From the NCBI GenBank assembly GCA_965249275.1, contig CBDFLQ010000006.1, positions 640,434 to 704,433 of the forward strand: a stretch of DNA of 64,000 nucleotides, written 5' to 3'. The notes below the pieces were generated by a model that was not told where the DNA came from, searched no databases, and saw nothing but the letters and a program-made list of their open reading frames with translations. The stretch is from Dehalococcoidia bacterium. GTDB lineage: Bacteria; Chloroflexota; Dehalococcoidia; Plut-88900. Shown piece by piece: positions 37,164 to 45,846 of the stretch (the stretch's first letter is position 1; each line of letters begins with the position of its first letter). Both the position numbers and the translations under genes were made by a program.

Positions 37164-37925
37164 ATGCCGGACGCCACCCGACTCGACAATCAAGTTGCCA
37201 TAGTCACCGGCGCCGCCCGAGGCATAGGCCGGGGCATCGCCCTCGTCCTCGCCGAGGCCGGAGCTTCTATAGTCATCGGTGACCTTTTGGACTCCTCGGA
37301 GACCGTTCGCTTAGTTGAAGACCTCGAGGGAAAGGCTGTCTCCATGCAGATGGACACCAGCCGCCCTCAGGACGCTCAGGCCCTAGTAGACCTTGCCCTT
37401 AACACCTTCGGACGGCTGGACATTCTGGTCAACGACGCCGGCATCGACGCTCCAGACGGAAACGCCTGGGACCTCCCCGACGAGCAGTGGACGCGGGTCA
37501 TAGACGTGAATCTGAGCGGCGTCTTCTACTGCTCCAAGGCCGCCCTCCAACCCATGCTCAAAGCAGGCCAGGGCGCCATCGTCAACATCAGCTCCCAGTC
37601 GGCGCGCATCGGCTCCCAGGGCATGTCCCCCGCTTACAACACTTCAAAAGCGGGAGTGCTCGGCCTGACCATGGCCTTCTCCGCCCAAGTGGCCGACAAA
37701 GGAGTGCGGGTCAATGCGGTAACCCCCGGCCTCGTGCGTTCCAAAGAGTTTGGCTGGTCGAAAGAAGAGGACGATGGGAAGACCGCCGAATACCCCCTGG
37801 GCCTCGGAGCGCCGAAGGACATCGGCGAAGCGGTCAGATATCTGGCCAGCCCCGCGTCCCGATGGGTATCGGGGACTGCATTGCACATCTCGGGCGGATA
37901 TCAAAAAGGTTCTAGCTGGTTCTAG
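37164..37925 (+). CDS. SDR-family oxidoreductase
   Basis: 253 aa. Motifs VAIVTGAARGIGRGIA, NDAGI, YNTSKAG. Confidence 0.8.
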   Translation: MPDATRLDNQVAIVTGAARGIGRGIALVLAEAGASIVIGDLLDSSETVRLVEDLEGKAVSMQMDTSRPQDAQALVDLALNTFGRLDILVNDAGIDAPDGNAWDLPDEQWTRVIDVNLSGVFYCSKAALQPMLKAGQGAIVNISSQSARIGSQGMSPAYNTSKAGVLGLTMAFSAQVADKGVRVNAVTPGLVRSKEFGWSKEEDDGKTAEYPLGLGAPKDIGEAVRYLASPASRWVSGTALHISGGYQKGSSWF

Positions 37926-37954
37926 CCACTCCACACCACCAAGGAAATCACACC

Positions 37955-38929
37955 ATGACAACCTCGTTCCCTAGCAAGGACTCACTCCGCATCTGCTTCG
38001 CCCACGTCGCCTACGCCCTCTCCGAAACCCTCCAAAAGCGCAACACCGGTATCTCCAGCTTCCAGGTATGGGACGCTGACTCCCTCAAAGCCCGCTCCGA
38101 CTATGATGTTCTTGTAATCTCCGGACTCTGGAACAACGACATCCTGGCCACCGCCTCCTACCTCCGCTTCCTACAGTCCATAGGCGCGGGCTACGACCAG
38201 TTCCCGCTTGACGAGCTCCGCAGCCGGGGTATCCGACTAGCCAACGCCAGCGGCGTCAACAAGAACGCCGTCAGCGAGCACACCTTCTCCCTCATCCTGT
38301 CCCTGACCCGACACCTGAAGTCGGGAGCCAAGCACCAGCGGGACCACTTCTGGCGGGGCATGATCTCCGAGATTCCGAAACGGGAAGACGAGCTTGCGGG
38401 GAAGACAATGGGAATCGTCGGGATGGGGGCTATCGGGTCCCGGGTTGCCAAAATAGCCAAGGCTTTCGACATGACGGTGCTCGCCACCAAGCGAAACCCC
38501 GCCACCGCCCAGGGCCCCGCCGACAAGGTCGTCACCCCTGATCGAGTTGACGAACTCCTCTCCGAATCCGACTTTCTCGTGCTCACCTGCTCCCTGAACG
38601 ACCAAACCCGCGGCCTCATCAACGCCGACTCCCTCTCCCGCATGAAGCCCACAGCCTGTCTCATCAACATGGCCCGGGGTGGGTGTGTCGACGAAGGAGC
38701 CTTGGTGGACGCCCTGAATAGCGGCGTTATCGCCGGCGCAGGTCTGGACGTCGTTGACCAGGAACCCCTCCCCGACGATAGTCCCTTGTGGGACATGGAC
38801 AACGTGGTCCTCACTCCCCACACCGGCGGCGAGACCCAGGCCTACGAGGACAACGTCATCGACATCCTCCTCGAAAACGTCAACCGCCTCACCTCCGGCC
38901 AATCCAACCTCTTCAATCAAGTCCTTTAG
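37955..38929 (+). CDS. D-isomer-specific 2-hydroxyacid dehydrogenase family protein
   Basis: 324 aa with an NAD-binding motif (GIVGMGAIGSRVAKIAKAFDMTV) and a catalytic His region (LTPHTGG). Confidence 0.75.
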   Translation: MTTSFPSKDSLRICFAHVAYALSETLQKRNTGISSFQVWDADSLKARSDYDVLVISGLWNNDILATASYLRFLQSIGAGYDQFPLDELRSRGIRLANASGVNKNAVSEHTFSLILSLTRHLKSGAKHQRDHFWRGMISEIPKREDELAGKTMGIVGMGAIGSRVAKIAKAFDMTVLATKRNPATAQGPADKVVTPDRVDELLSESDFLVLTCSLNDQTRGLINADSLSRMKPTACLINMARGGCVDEGALVDALNSGVIAGAGLDVVDQEPLPDDSPLWDMDNVVLTPHTGGETQAYEDNVIDILLENVNRLTSGQSNLFNQVL

Positions 38930-38951
38930 CGTCCAACTGACCCAAAAGACA

Positions 38952-38988
38952 ATCGGGGCGTCGGCTTTGCCGACGCCCCGATTTTTTC
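38952..38988. terminator. Bidirectional rho-independent terminator between convergent genes
   Basis: atcggggcgtcgg-ctttg-ccgacgccccgat (13-bp stem) followed by TTTTTT on the plus strand. On the minus strand it is followed by uugucuuuu. Confidence 0.6.
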
Positions 38989-39011
38989 CTAAGAAGAGTG
39001 TCGTTCCTGGG

Positions 39012-39626
39012 TTACTGGACAGGCGAGAAGGCGGACGGGAGCATGAATTTGGTATTCATCCCAACAATGTGTCCTCCAATGGCCGGAGGCCAGTCTCCCG
39101 CTGCCACGGCCGCCGCCCGGGTCTCGGTCCGGTGGTTCATGTCGTTGTAGGGCCAGATGTGGATTAGCTTGTTGAGCAGGCCCATGTCCGTCGAACCGGC
39201 GAAGAACACGTCCGAATGCTTCCGTCTGTCCGGCAGCTTGGCCCTGAACGCTTCCATAATCTCCGGCATGGAGCCGGGCGTGGCGTCGTAGTAGCGCATT
39301 TCGTAGAGAGGGCCGTAGTTGCCGGGCTCTATCGGCTTCTGGAATGGTCCGGGCACGACAATCTCGCTCTCCATCTTGACTATCAGGTGGCTGCCCTTGG
39401 GGGGCCAGTTGGGATTCGCTGCAGCGGCGGCCCGAATCTCTGACCTCTGCTGCACGTCTTCATAGCCCCATACGTGAATAACCTGGTTCAGTGGCCCGAC
39501 CTCCGTGTGCCAGAAAGCAGCAAGCTTTGAATACTTCTCCCGATGGGGAAGTGCCTCGCCAAAGATTTCTTCGAACTTGGGGACACCCCCGGGCTTCAGG
39601 GTATAGGTGCGGAATTCGTAGATCAT
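39012..39626 (-). CDS. NIPSNAP-family protein (two NIPSNAP repeats), copy 1
   Basis: 204 aa. MIYEFRTYTLKPG… and a second internal repeat (LYEMRYYDATPG…). Confidence 0.65.
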   Translation of the reverse strand: MIYEFRTYTLKPGGVPKFEEIFGEALPHREKYSKLAAFWHTEVGPLNQVIHVWGYEDVQQRSEIRAAAAANPNWPPKGSHLIVKMESEIVVPGPFQKPIEPGNYGPLYEMRYYDATPGSMPEIMEAFRAKLPDRRKHSDVFFAGSTDMGLLNKLIHIWPYNDMNHRTETRAAAVAAGDWPPAIGGHIVGMNTKFMLPSAFSPVQ

Positions 39627-39756
39627 TTTCTCCTCCAGAACGTTAGGCTAACGACACAGTACGCTGGTAGTTTATCAGAGAGGAATGTAACCGGGCCGAG
39701 GGCCGTATCCTAGGTCCGACTCTTCTTCGATAATGCTTAGAAGCTTCGTCCAAACC

Positions 39757-40374
39757 CTAATGTGCAGGCGAGAAGGAGGATGGCACCATGATCTTGTTGT
39801 TCATGGTAACAAGGAACTTCCCTGTCGCCGGGGGCCAGTCCCCCGCCGCGACCGACGCCGCCCGGGTCTCGGATCGGTGATTCAGGTCGTTGTAGGGCCA
39901 AATGTGAATCAGCTTATTCAGCGACCCCATATCCGTGTACCCGCAGAAGAACAGCGGCGAATACTTCAGCCTTCCGGGAAGTTTGGCGCCCCAGATATCC
40001 ATGATCTCGGGCATGGATCCGGGCAGGGTGTCGTAGTAGCGCATCTCGTATACGTGGCCGTAGTTGCCGGGCTCTATAGGCTTCTGAAATGGCGCGGGGA
40101 TGACGATCTCGGTCTCCATCTTCACGATATATGCGTCGTCGCCTGCTGGAGGCCAGTTCGGGTCTGCGGCAGCAGCGGCCCGGACCTCGGCCCTGTGCTT
40201 CATGTCGTCGTAGCCCCAGACGTGGATGATCTGGTTCAGAGGCCCGATATCCGTGTGCCAGCAGGCAGTGAGCTTGGAATACTTCTCCCTGTGGGGCAGG
40301 GCATTGGCGAAACTCTCCTCGAACTTGCCCATGCTTCCGACGGTCAAGGTGTACGTGCGAAATTCGTAGATCAT
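39757..40374 (-). CDS. NIPSNAP-family protein, tandem paralog copy 2
   Basis: 205 aa, roughly 65% identical by eye to copy 1 with the same internal duplication. Confidence 0.65.
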   Translation of the reverse strand: MIYEFRTYTLTVGSMGKFEESFANALPHREKYSKLTACWHTDIGPLNQIIHVWGYDDMKHRAEVRAAAAADPNWPPAGDDAYIVKMETEIVIPAPFQKPIEPGNYGHVYEMRYYDTLPGSMPEIMDIWGAKLPGRLKYSPLFFCGYTDMGSLNKLIHIWPYNDLNHRSETRAASVAAGDWPPATGKFLVTMNNKIMVPSSFSPAH

Positions 40375-40488
40375 GGTTTCCTCCAGGGTGATTCGATAGA
40401 GACGCGTGACATGGGGAGTTTATCAGAAGGTGGCCTGGCTGGGCGGGTGGTAGAATCCGAGAATACGTAGCTAGTTTGGGAGAGATAT

Positions 40489-41259
40489 ATGTCCAAAGAC
40501 CTGTTTGACCTATCGGGTAGGGTGGCCATCGTTACTGGGGCGTCCTCGGGGCTGGGGGTGACATTCGCCGAGACCCTCGCCGAGGCAGGGGCCGACGTCG
40601 TCATCTGCGCTCGTCGCCTGGAGAAGCTTGAGGAGACGGGTCGTAAGGTGCGGGAGCTCAGTGCCAGGTGCCTCGTCGTCCAGACAGATGTCACCAAGGG
40701 CGAGCAGGTCGACAACCTCGTCGAACGCACTGTGGAGACCTTCGGCAAGATCGACATCCTTGTAAACAACGCCGGAGCCTTCTTCAAGGGCTCCAAAATC
40801 GCCGAAGACCTGGACTTCAATGCGGTACAAAAGGTGATGGAGGCGAACCTGACCAGCGCGGCCCTCTGCTCTCACCGTGCCGGACTGAAGATGCTCGACC
40901 AGGGCTACGGGCGGATCATCAACATCGCGTCGGTGCTGGGGGTGGTCGGGGGAGTGCCCGAGGACTACTCCTACGCGTATTCCATCTCGAAGCACGGGAT
41001 GGTGGGGCTGACCAAGGCCCTCGCCCTGCAATGGGCTAAGAAGGGGATCACAGCCAACGCCATCGGCCCCGCCTATTTCGAGACCGAGTTGACAGAGTTC
41101 CTCTCCGACGAGTTTGCCGGTCTCGCCGAACGCACGCCCATGGGCCGCATGGGCAAGCCCCAGGAACTCAAGACCGCACTGCTCTTCCTCGCCGCCGAGA
41201 CCTCCAGTTACATCACCGGCCAGACCATCCTAGTAGACGGCGGCTGGACGGTCTGGTAG
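40489..41259 (+). CDS. SDR-family oxidoreductase (FabG / gluconate-5-dehydrogenase-like)
   Basis: 256 aa. Motifs VAIVTGASSGLG, NNAGA, YSISKHGMVGLTKALA. Confidence 0.8.
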   Translation: MSKDLFDLSGRVAIVTGASSGLGVTFAETLAEAGADVVICARRLEKLEETGRKVRELSARCLVVQTDVTKGEQVDNLVERTVETFGKIDILVNNAGAFFKGSKIAEDLDFNAVQKVMEANLTSAALCSHRAGLKMLDQGYGRIINIASVLGVVGGVPEDYSYAYSISKHGMVGLTKALALQWAKKGITANAIGPAYFETELTEFLSDEFAGLAERTPMGRMGKPQELKTALLFLAAETSSYITGQTILVDGGWTVW

Positions 41260-41312
41260 GGGGAGATTACGGTGAAGCGGGACCGGAACACACCGGTTAG
41301 ATAGAACCTTCA

Positions 41313-41579
41313 CTAAAGGCGAGAGTTGACCAGAGCTCTCGACTCGTGTTCGAGAACGGCCTCCACCTGCCATCTCTCGACACCCGGGAACCACTCAAGA
41401 AAGTCATTCACAGAGGCTCCAGCCATCAGATTCTCAAAAAGGGCGTGTACCGGCACCCGAGTACCGCGGAATACCCAAGCCCCGCTGACCTTACCGCTGT
41501 GCCGCTCGACGGCAGCGCAAGATCCCCAATAATCGTTGGCAATTGCGTGAGTGGGCATTGTTTCATCGCCGTTCTTCAT
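41313..41579 (-). CDS. DUF433-domain small protein (solo)
   Basis: GAWVFRGTRVPVHALFENLMAGASVNDFLEWFPGVERWQVEAVLEH matches the DUF433 consensus. Start uncertain: ORF start 41636 is TTG, and in-frame ATGs are at 41627, 41579 and 41558. Confidence 0.45.
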   Translation of the reverse strand: MKNGDETMPTHAIANDYWGSCAAVERHSGKVSGAWVFRGTRVPVHALFENLMAGASVNDFLEWFPGVERWQVEAVLEHESRALVNSRL

Positions 41580-41717
41580 AAGACGATTATAGGTCGGTAA
41601 ATTTGCCAGGGTCAACGAAGTGCCCATGGCATGCAACTGGCATAAAGCCCGTTACAAAGAGGGTGGCCCCGTCTAGCGGTGGGGCCACCCTTCTTTATTT
41701 CTTATTAGAATGAGGCC

Positions 41718-42887
41718 CTACTGCCTAGGCAACCCCAGCCCCCGAGTTGCGATGATATTCATCTGTATCTCGTTGGTGCCGCCGGCTATGGTGCTGGAAC
41801 GGGAGAACAGGTAGTTCTTCTCGATAAAGCCCTTTAGAGGCGCGTGCTTCGAGCCTTCCGTTAGCTGCCCGTGCAACCCGAGCACCTGCATTGCGGTGTC
41901 GAAGGCACGCTGCTCGGTGGAGGAGCCGCACAGCTTGTCTATCGAGGCCTCTTTGTTCGGCACCTCTCCCTTGCTCTGGATGTGGACCACCTGGTAGGAG
42001 AGCATGTAGGCGATCTCCACCTCGATGGCCATCTCCGCCAGCTTGTTGCGTACCACCGGATGCTGGATCAGGGGCTTGCCCCCCACCATGGTTTCCGAGG
42101 CGAACTTCACCGTTTCGTCAAGGCAGCGCCGCGCCGACGCCGAGTGTGAAAGTGAGGACCGCTCAAAATCCAGCAACGTCATGCCCGCATACCAGCCCCG
42201 GTTGATCTCCCCTACCACGTTCTCCTTCGGAATACGCACGTTGTCGAAGAAAGTCTCGTTGAAGGGGTGCCCGCCCGACATATCGATGATGGGTCGGACT
42301 GATACCCCAGGCGTCTTCATGTCGGCGAGAAACATGGTGATTCCCCGGTGCTTGGGAGCCTCGGGGTCGGTACGAGCCAGCAGCAGTACCCAGTCCGAGT
42401 AGTGAGCCTGGCTGGTCCATATCTTCTGACCGTTTATCACCCACTCGTCGCCTTCGAGCACCGCCCGTGTCCCGAGCGAAGCCAGATCGGACCCCGACTC
42501 GGGCTCCGAGTAGCCCTGGCACCAGACCACCTCGCCGCGTGCGATCCCGCTCAAGTGTTGCTTCTTCTGCTCCTCCGTGCCGTGGACCATGATGGCCGGG
42601 CCTATGTAGCCTATGCCCTCGCCGTCGCGGCCGGGAGCATAGGCGTAGGACCATTCATCTGTGAAGATGGCCTGCTGCATGTGGGTCGCGCCCCCACCGC
42701 CGTACTCCTTCGGCCAGGAGAGTGCGAGCCAGCCCTGGTCGGCCAGCTTCTTGCGCATGGTCTTCTCCTCATCCCACCACTCCTCACTCCCCTCTACGGC
42801 GAATGTATCGTCGGCCCACTCCTTGGCGAGGAAGTCCTTAACCTCTTGCCTAAAGTCCTGCTCTTCTGCTGTGAATTGGTATTTCAT
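41718..42887 (-). CDS. Acyl-CoA dehydrogenase
   Basis: 389 aa. ACAD N-terminal, middle (WCQGYSEPESGSDLASLGTRA) and C-terminal domains are present. A hairpin at 41669-41700 may serve as its terminator. Confidence 0.8.
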   Translation of the reverse strand: MKYQFTAEEQDFRQEVKDFLAKEWADDTFAVEGSEEWWDEEKTMRKKLADQGWLALSWPKEYGGGGATHMQQAIFTDEWSYAYAPGRDGEGIGYIGPAIMVHGTEEQKKQHLSGIARGEVVWCQGYSEPESGSDLASLGTRAVLEGDEWVINGQKIWTSQAHYSDWVLLLARTDPEAPKHRGITMFLADMKTPGVSVRPIIDMSGGHPFNETFFDNVRIPKENVVGEINRGWYAGMTLLDFERSSLSHSASARRCLDETVKFASETMVGGKPLIQHPVVRNKLAEMAIEVEIAYMLSYQVVHIQSKGEVPNKEASIDKLCGSSTEQRAFDTAMQVLGLHGQLTEGSKHAPLKGFIEKNYLFSRSSTIAGGTNEIQMNIIATRGLGLPRQ

Positions 42888-42992
42888 GGTTCCCCCCTTG
42901 GACCGGCTGCCCTTTAACCCGTAACGCCTCCCATAGTATCATCGAATCCTCATTCATTCGACCAGCCAAGGAGCCTCGCCCTAATAGTCATT

Positions 42993-44288
42993 ATGAGACT
43001 TGAACTAGCCAACTACCCCGTGAAACAAATCATCCTGGGAGACGAGACCCGGTACCTGGACGGCGATCTCCACGTCAATCCCGACGAAGTCCGTGACATG
43101 ATGTTCGACGAAGAATTCTTCGAAGACATTTCAGTCCACGTTGCCCACCCCGGAGACTCGACTCGCATCATTCACGTCGTGGATGTGATTGAGCCCAGGC
43201 ATAAGCAGTCGGGTACTGGGTGTGTATTCCCTGGTGTGCTTGGCCCACCCGCGCAGGTCGGCAACGGACGAACGGCACGGCTGAGCGGAATGGCCGTCGT
43301 ATCAACTTCGACCCCTGCTGCGGGTGAGGGCTATTACTGGAGAGAAGCGATAATGGACATGTCGGGGCCGGGGACCCGGTATTCCCCCTTCTCCGAAAAT
43401 GCCAATCTGGTCCTGGAGTTATCCCCCAAGGACCCGGGCCCCGAGATTCCTGCGGAAGACGTAGAAATGATCAACACCATCCGAGGGTCGATATACAGCC
43501 AGAGGTTGAATCTGGCGCTCAGGAAAGCCCAGATGGGGCTGGCATCCTATCTCGCTGAAACGGTCTCGGGCTCCGCTCCGGCTTCCGTAGATACCTACGA
43601 GCTAACGGAGGTTGACCCGGGCCTGCCCAAAGTGGCCTACGCCTGTCAGGTAATGGGAGAAACACTCTACGGAGTCACGATAGGTTGGCAGCCGACCTTG
43701 CTCCACCCGAACGAGCTTATGGACGGCGCCATCTACCGTCCCTTCAATACCCCCGGCGCAGTAAGGACGACCATTTACCATCATCAGAACAATTCATTGA
43801 TGAATGACTTGTACCAACGGCACGGCAAGGACCTCAATTTTCTGGGCGTTCTCCTGGTGCCCGCGGGGCCAGAAAAGCTGAGCGAAAAGGAGCTGGGCAC
43901 GGGTTACGCCACCAAACTCCTCAAAATGTTGGACGCGGACGGTGTGGTCATCTCATGGATGGGTGGGGGGCACCTGGCAGTCGACCCCATGCTACTCATA
44001 AGAAACTGTGAACAGGCCGGGATTAGTGCATCACTCCTGAGTCCCGAGATGGCCCGCACTCCCGACGACTCGGGCTTCGTTTACTTCGCACAAGAGGCCG
44101 AGGCCATTGTCAGCACCGGCAACTACGAAGAACAGGTCACTCTCCCGGCCGTGGATCGTGTCATTGGCGGAGAATCGATCTTTGTGTCTGACGATGATCC
44201 AAAGGAAGAATTGACCATCCACATCACCCAGATCCTCGGGGCTACCCAAACATTTGGTCTGGGTAGACTGTCCGGGACTGCCTATTGA
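42993..44288 (+). CDS. Glycine/sarcosine/betaine reductase component-B proprotein family (GrdE/GrdG/GrdI-like, Pfam Gly_reductase), copy 1
   Basis: 431 aa. MRLELANYPVK…AHPGDSTRIIHVVDVIEPRHKQSGTGCVFPG…IMDMSGPGTRYSPFS…TTIYHHQNN resembles the GrdE-family conserved blocks as recalled (MRLE…ARPGESVRI…VIEPR.K..G…FPG…IDMSGEG.KY.PFS…TYHHLNN). Confidence 0.55.
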   Translation: MRLELANYPVKQIILGDETRYLDGDLHVNPDEVRDMMFDEEFFEDISVHVAHPGDSTRIIHVVDVIEPRHKQSGTGCVFPGVLGPPAQVGNGRTARLSGMAVVSTSTPAAGEGYYWREAIMDMSGPGTRYSPFSENANLVLELSPKDPGPEIPAEDVEMINTIRGSIYSQRLNLALRKAQMGLASYLAETVSGSAPASVDTYELTEVDPGLPKVAYACQVMGETLYGVTIGWQPTLLHPNELMDGAIYRPFNTPGAVRTTIYHHQNNSLMNDLYQRHGKDLNFLGVLLVPAGPEKLSEKELGTGYATKLLKMLDADGVVISWMGGGHLAVDPMLLIRNCEQAGISASLLSPEMARTPDDSGFVYFAQEAEAIVSTGNYEEQVTLPAVDRVIGGESIFVSDDDPKEELTIHITQILGATQTFGLGRLSGTAY

Positions 44289-44456
44289 GGGGCATGGGTA
44301 AGCTTCAACCGGGGGATCGGGTTTGATTCAGGTATTCCCAGGGCCTACGTCAGAGATATCGGCGCCAGCGCTCTCGGGCATGGGGTCGGGTGGAGTAGGT
44401 AAAGTGGGATTCCTCGGCACTACGACAAGCCTGGGCACGCTCCCCGAATTCCCATT

Positions 44457-45752
44457 ATGAAACTGGAGATTGCTAACTTCCCAGTAGAGCGCATCATCCT
44501 AGGAGACGAGACCCGGTACACCGACGGCGACCTACGGGTCAGCCCAGAGGCCGTTCGCTCCCGGATGTTCGACGGAGAGTTCTTCGACGACATTTCAGTC
44601 CACGTATCCCATCCCGGAGACTCGACCCGCCTCATCCATATCGTGGATGTAGTGGAGCCTCGATACAAGCAGTCGGGACCCGGGTGCGTTTTCCCAGGCG
44701 TCCTTGGGCCTCCGGTGCAGGTTGGAACCGGAAGAACGGCCCGGCTCAACGGCATGGCCGTAGTATCTACGTCCGGACCCGCCGCCGGAGAGAGCCAATA
44801 CTGGCGCGAGGCCATCCTCGACATGTCGGGGCCGGGGGCCCGGTATTCCCACTTCTCACAAACGGCCAACCTCGTCGTGGAGATGTCTCCCAAGGACCCG
44901 GGGCCCGAGACCCCGCCGGAAGACATCGAGACCCTGAACACGCTGCGGGGATCCGTTCACAGCCAGAGGATGAACGTGGCGCTGAGGAAAGCGCAAATAG
45001 CTCTCGCCTCGTATCTCGCCGAGACGGTCTCGGGCTTCTCGCCTGTCTCTGTAGATACATATGAGCTTACGGAAGTTGACTTCTCACTCCCGAAGGTAGT
45101 CTACGGTTGTCAGGTGGTGAGGGACCTGATCTACGGTATCCCCCCAGGATGGCAGCCGACCCTGCTTCACCCGAACGAGCTGATGGATGGCGCCGTCTTC
45201 CGTCTCTCCAATTACCTCGCCTCAGCTAGGACTACCATCTACGATCAGCAGAACCATCCCCTGGTAGAGGACCTGTATCAACGTCATGGCATTGACCTGA
45301 ATTTCCTGGGTGTGCTCCTGATTCCGGCGGGAGACGAAAAGCTGAGCGAGAAAGAGCTTTCCGCGGGGTACGCAGCCAAGCTTCTCAGGATGTTAGGGGC
45401 GAACGGGATCGTCCTTTCTTGGATGGGTGGAGGTCACCTGGCTATCGATCCCATGCTCTTGATTAGGAACTGCGCAAGGGCCGGTATAGGCACTTCGCTG
45501 CTGAGCCCCGAGATGGCCCGCACTCCCGACGACACCGGTTTCGTCTATTTCGCCCCCGAGGCGGAGGCAATCGTGAGTACGGGCAACTTCGAAGAGCAAG
45601 TCGTTTTGCCGCGTGTCGACCGAGTCATAGGCGGGAAAGCGCTTCTCATGTCCGGTGACGACTCACAGGGGGAGCTAACCGTTCGCATCGGGCAGATTCT
45701 CGGGGCCACCCATACCCTCGGGAAGGGCAAATTGTCCGGGATTGCATATTAA
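44457..45752 (+). CDS. GrdE-like proprotein-family protein, tandem paralog copy 2
   Basis: 431 aa, roughly 60% identical to copy 1 along the whole length. Confidence 0.55.
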   Translation: MKLEIANFPVERIILGDETRYTDGDLRVSPEAVRSRMFDGEFFDDISVHVSHPGDSTRLIHIVDVVEPRYKQSGPGCVFPGVLGPPVQVGTGRTARLNGMAVVSTSGPAAGESQYWREAILDMSGPGARYSHFSQTANLVVEMSPKDPGPETPPEDIETLNTLRGSVHSQRMNVALRKAQIALASYLAETVSGFSPVSVDTYELTEVDFSLPKVVYGCQVVRDLIYGIPPGWQPTLLHPNELMDGAVFRLSNYLASARTTIYDQQNHPLVEDLYQRHGIDLNFLGVLLIPAGDEKLSEKELSAGYAAKLLRMLGANGIVLSWMGGGHLAIDPMLLIRNCARAGIGTSLLSPEMARTPDDTGFVYFAPEAEAIVSTGNFEEQVVLPRVDRVIGGKALLMSGDDSQGELTVRIGQILGATHTLGKGKLSGIAY

Positions 45753-45846
45753 GCAGTATGGAGTAATATCGACATGTGAATCGGGTAGAATAGGGCCTCC
45801 AGCCTATTCACCGGATATTTCGGAATAGCCATATACGGGGGAGACC

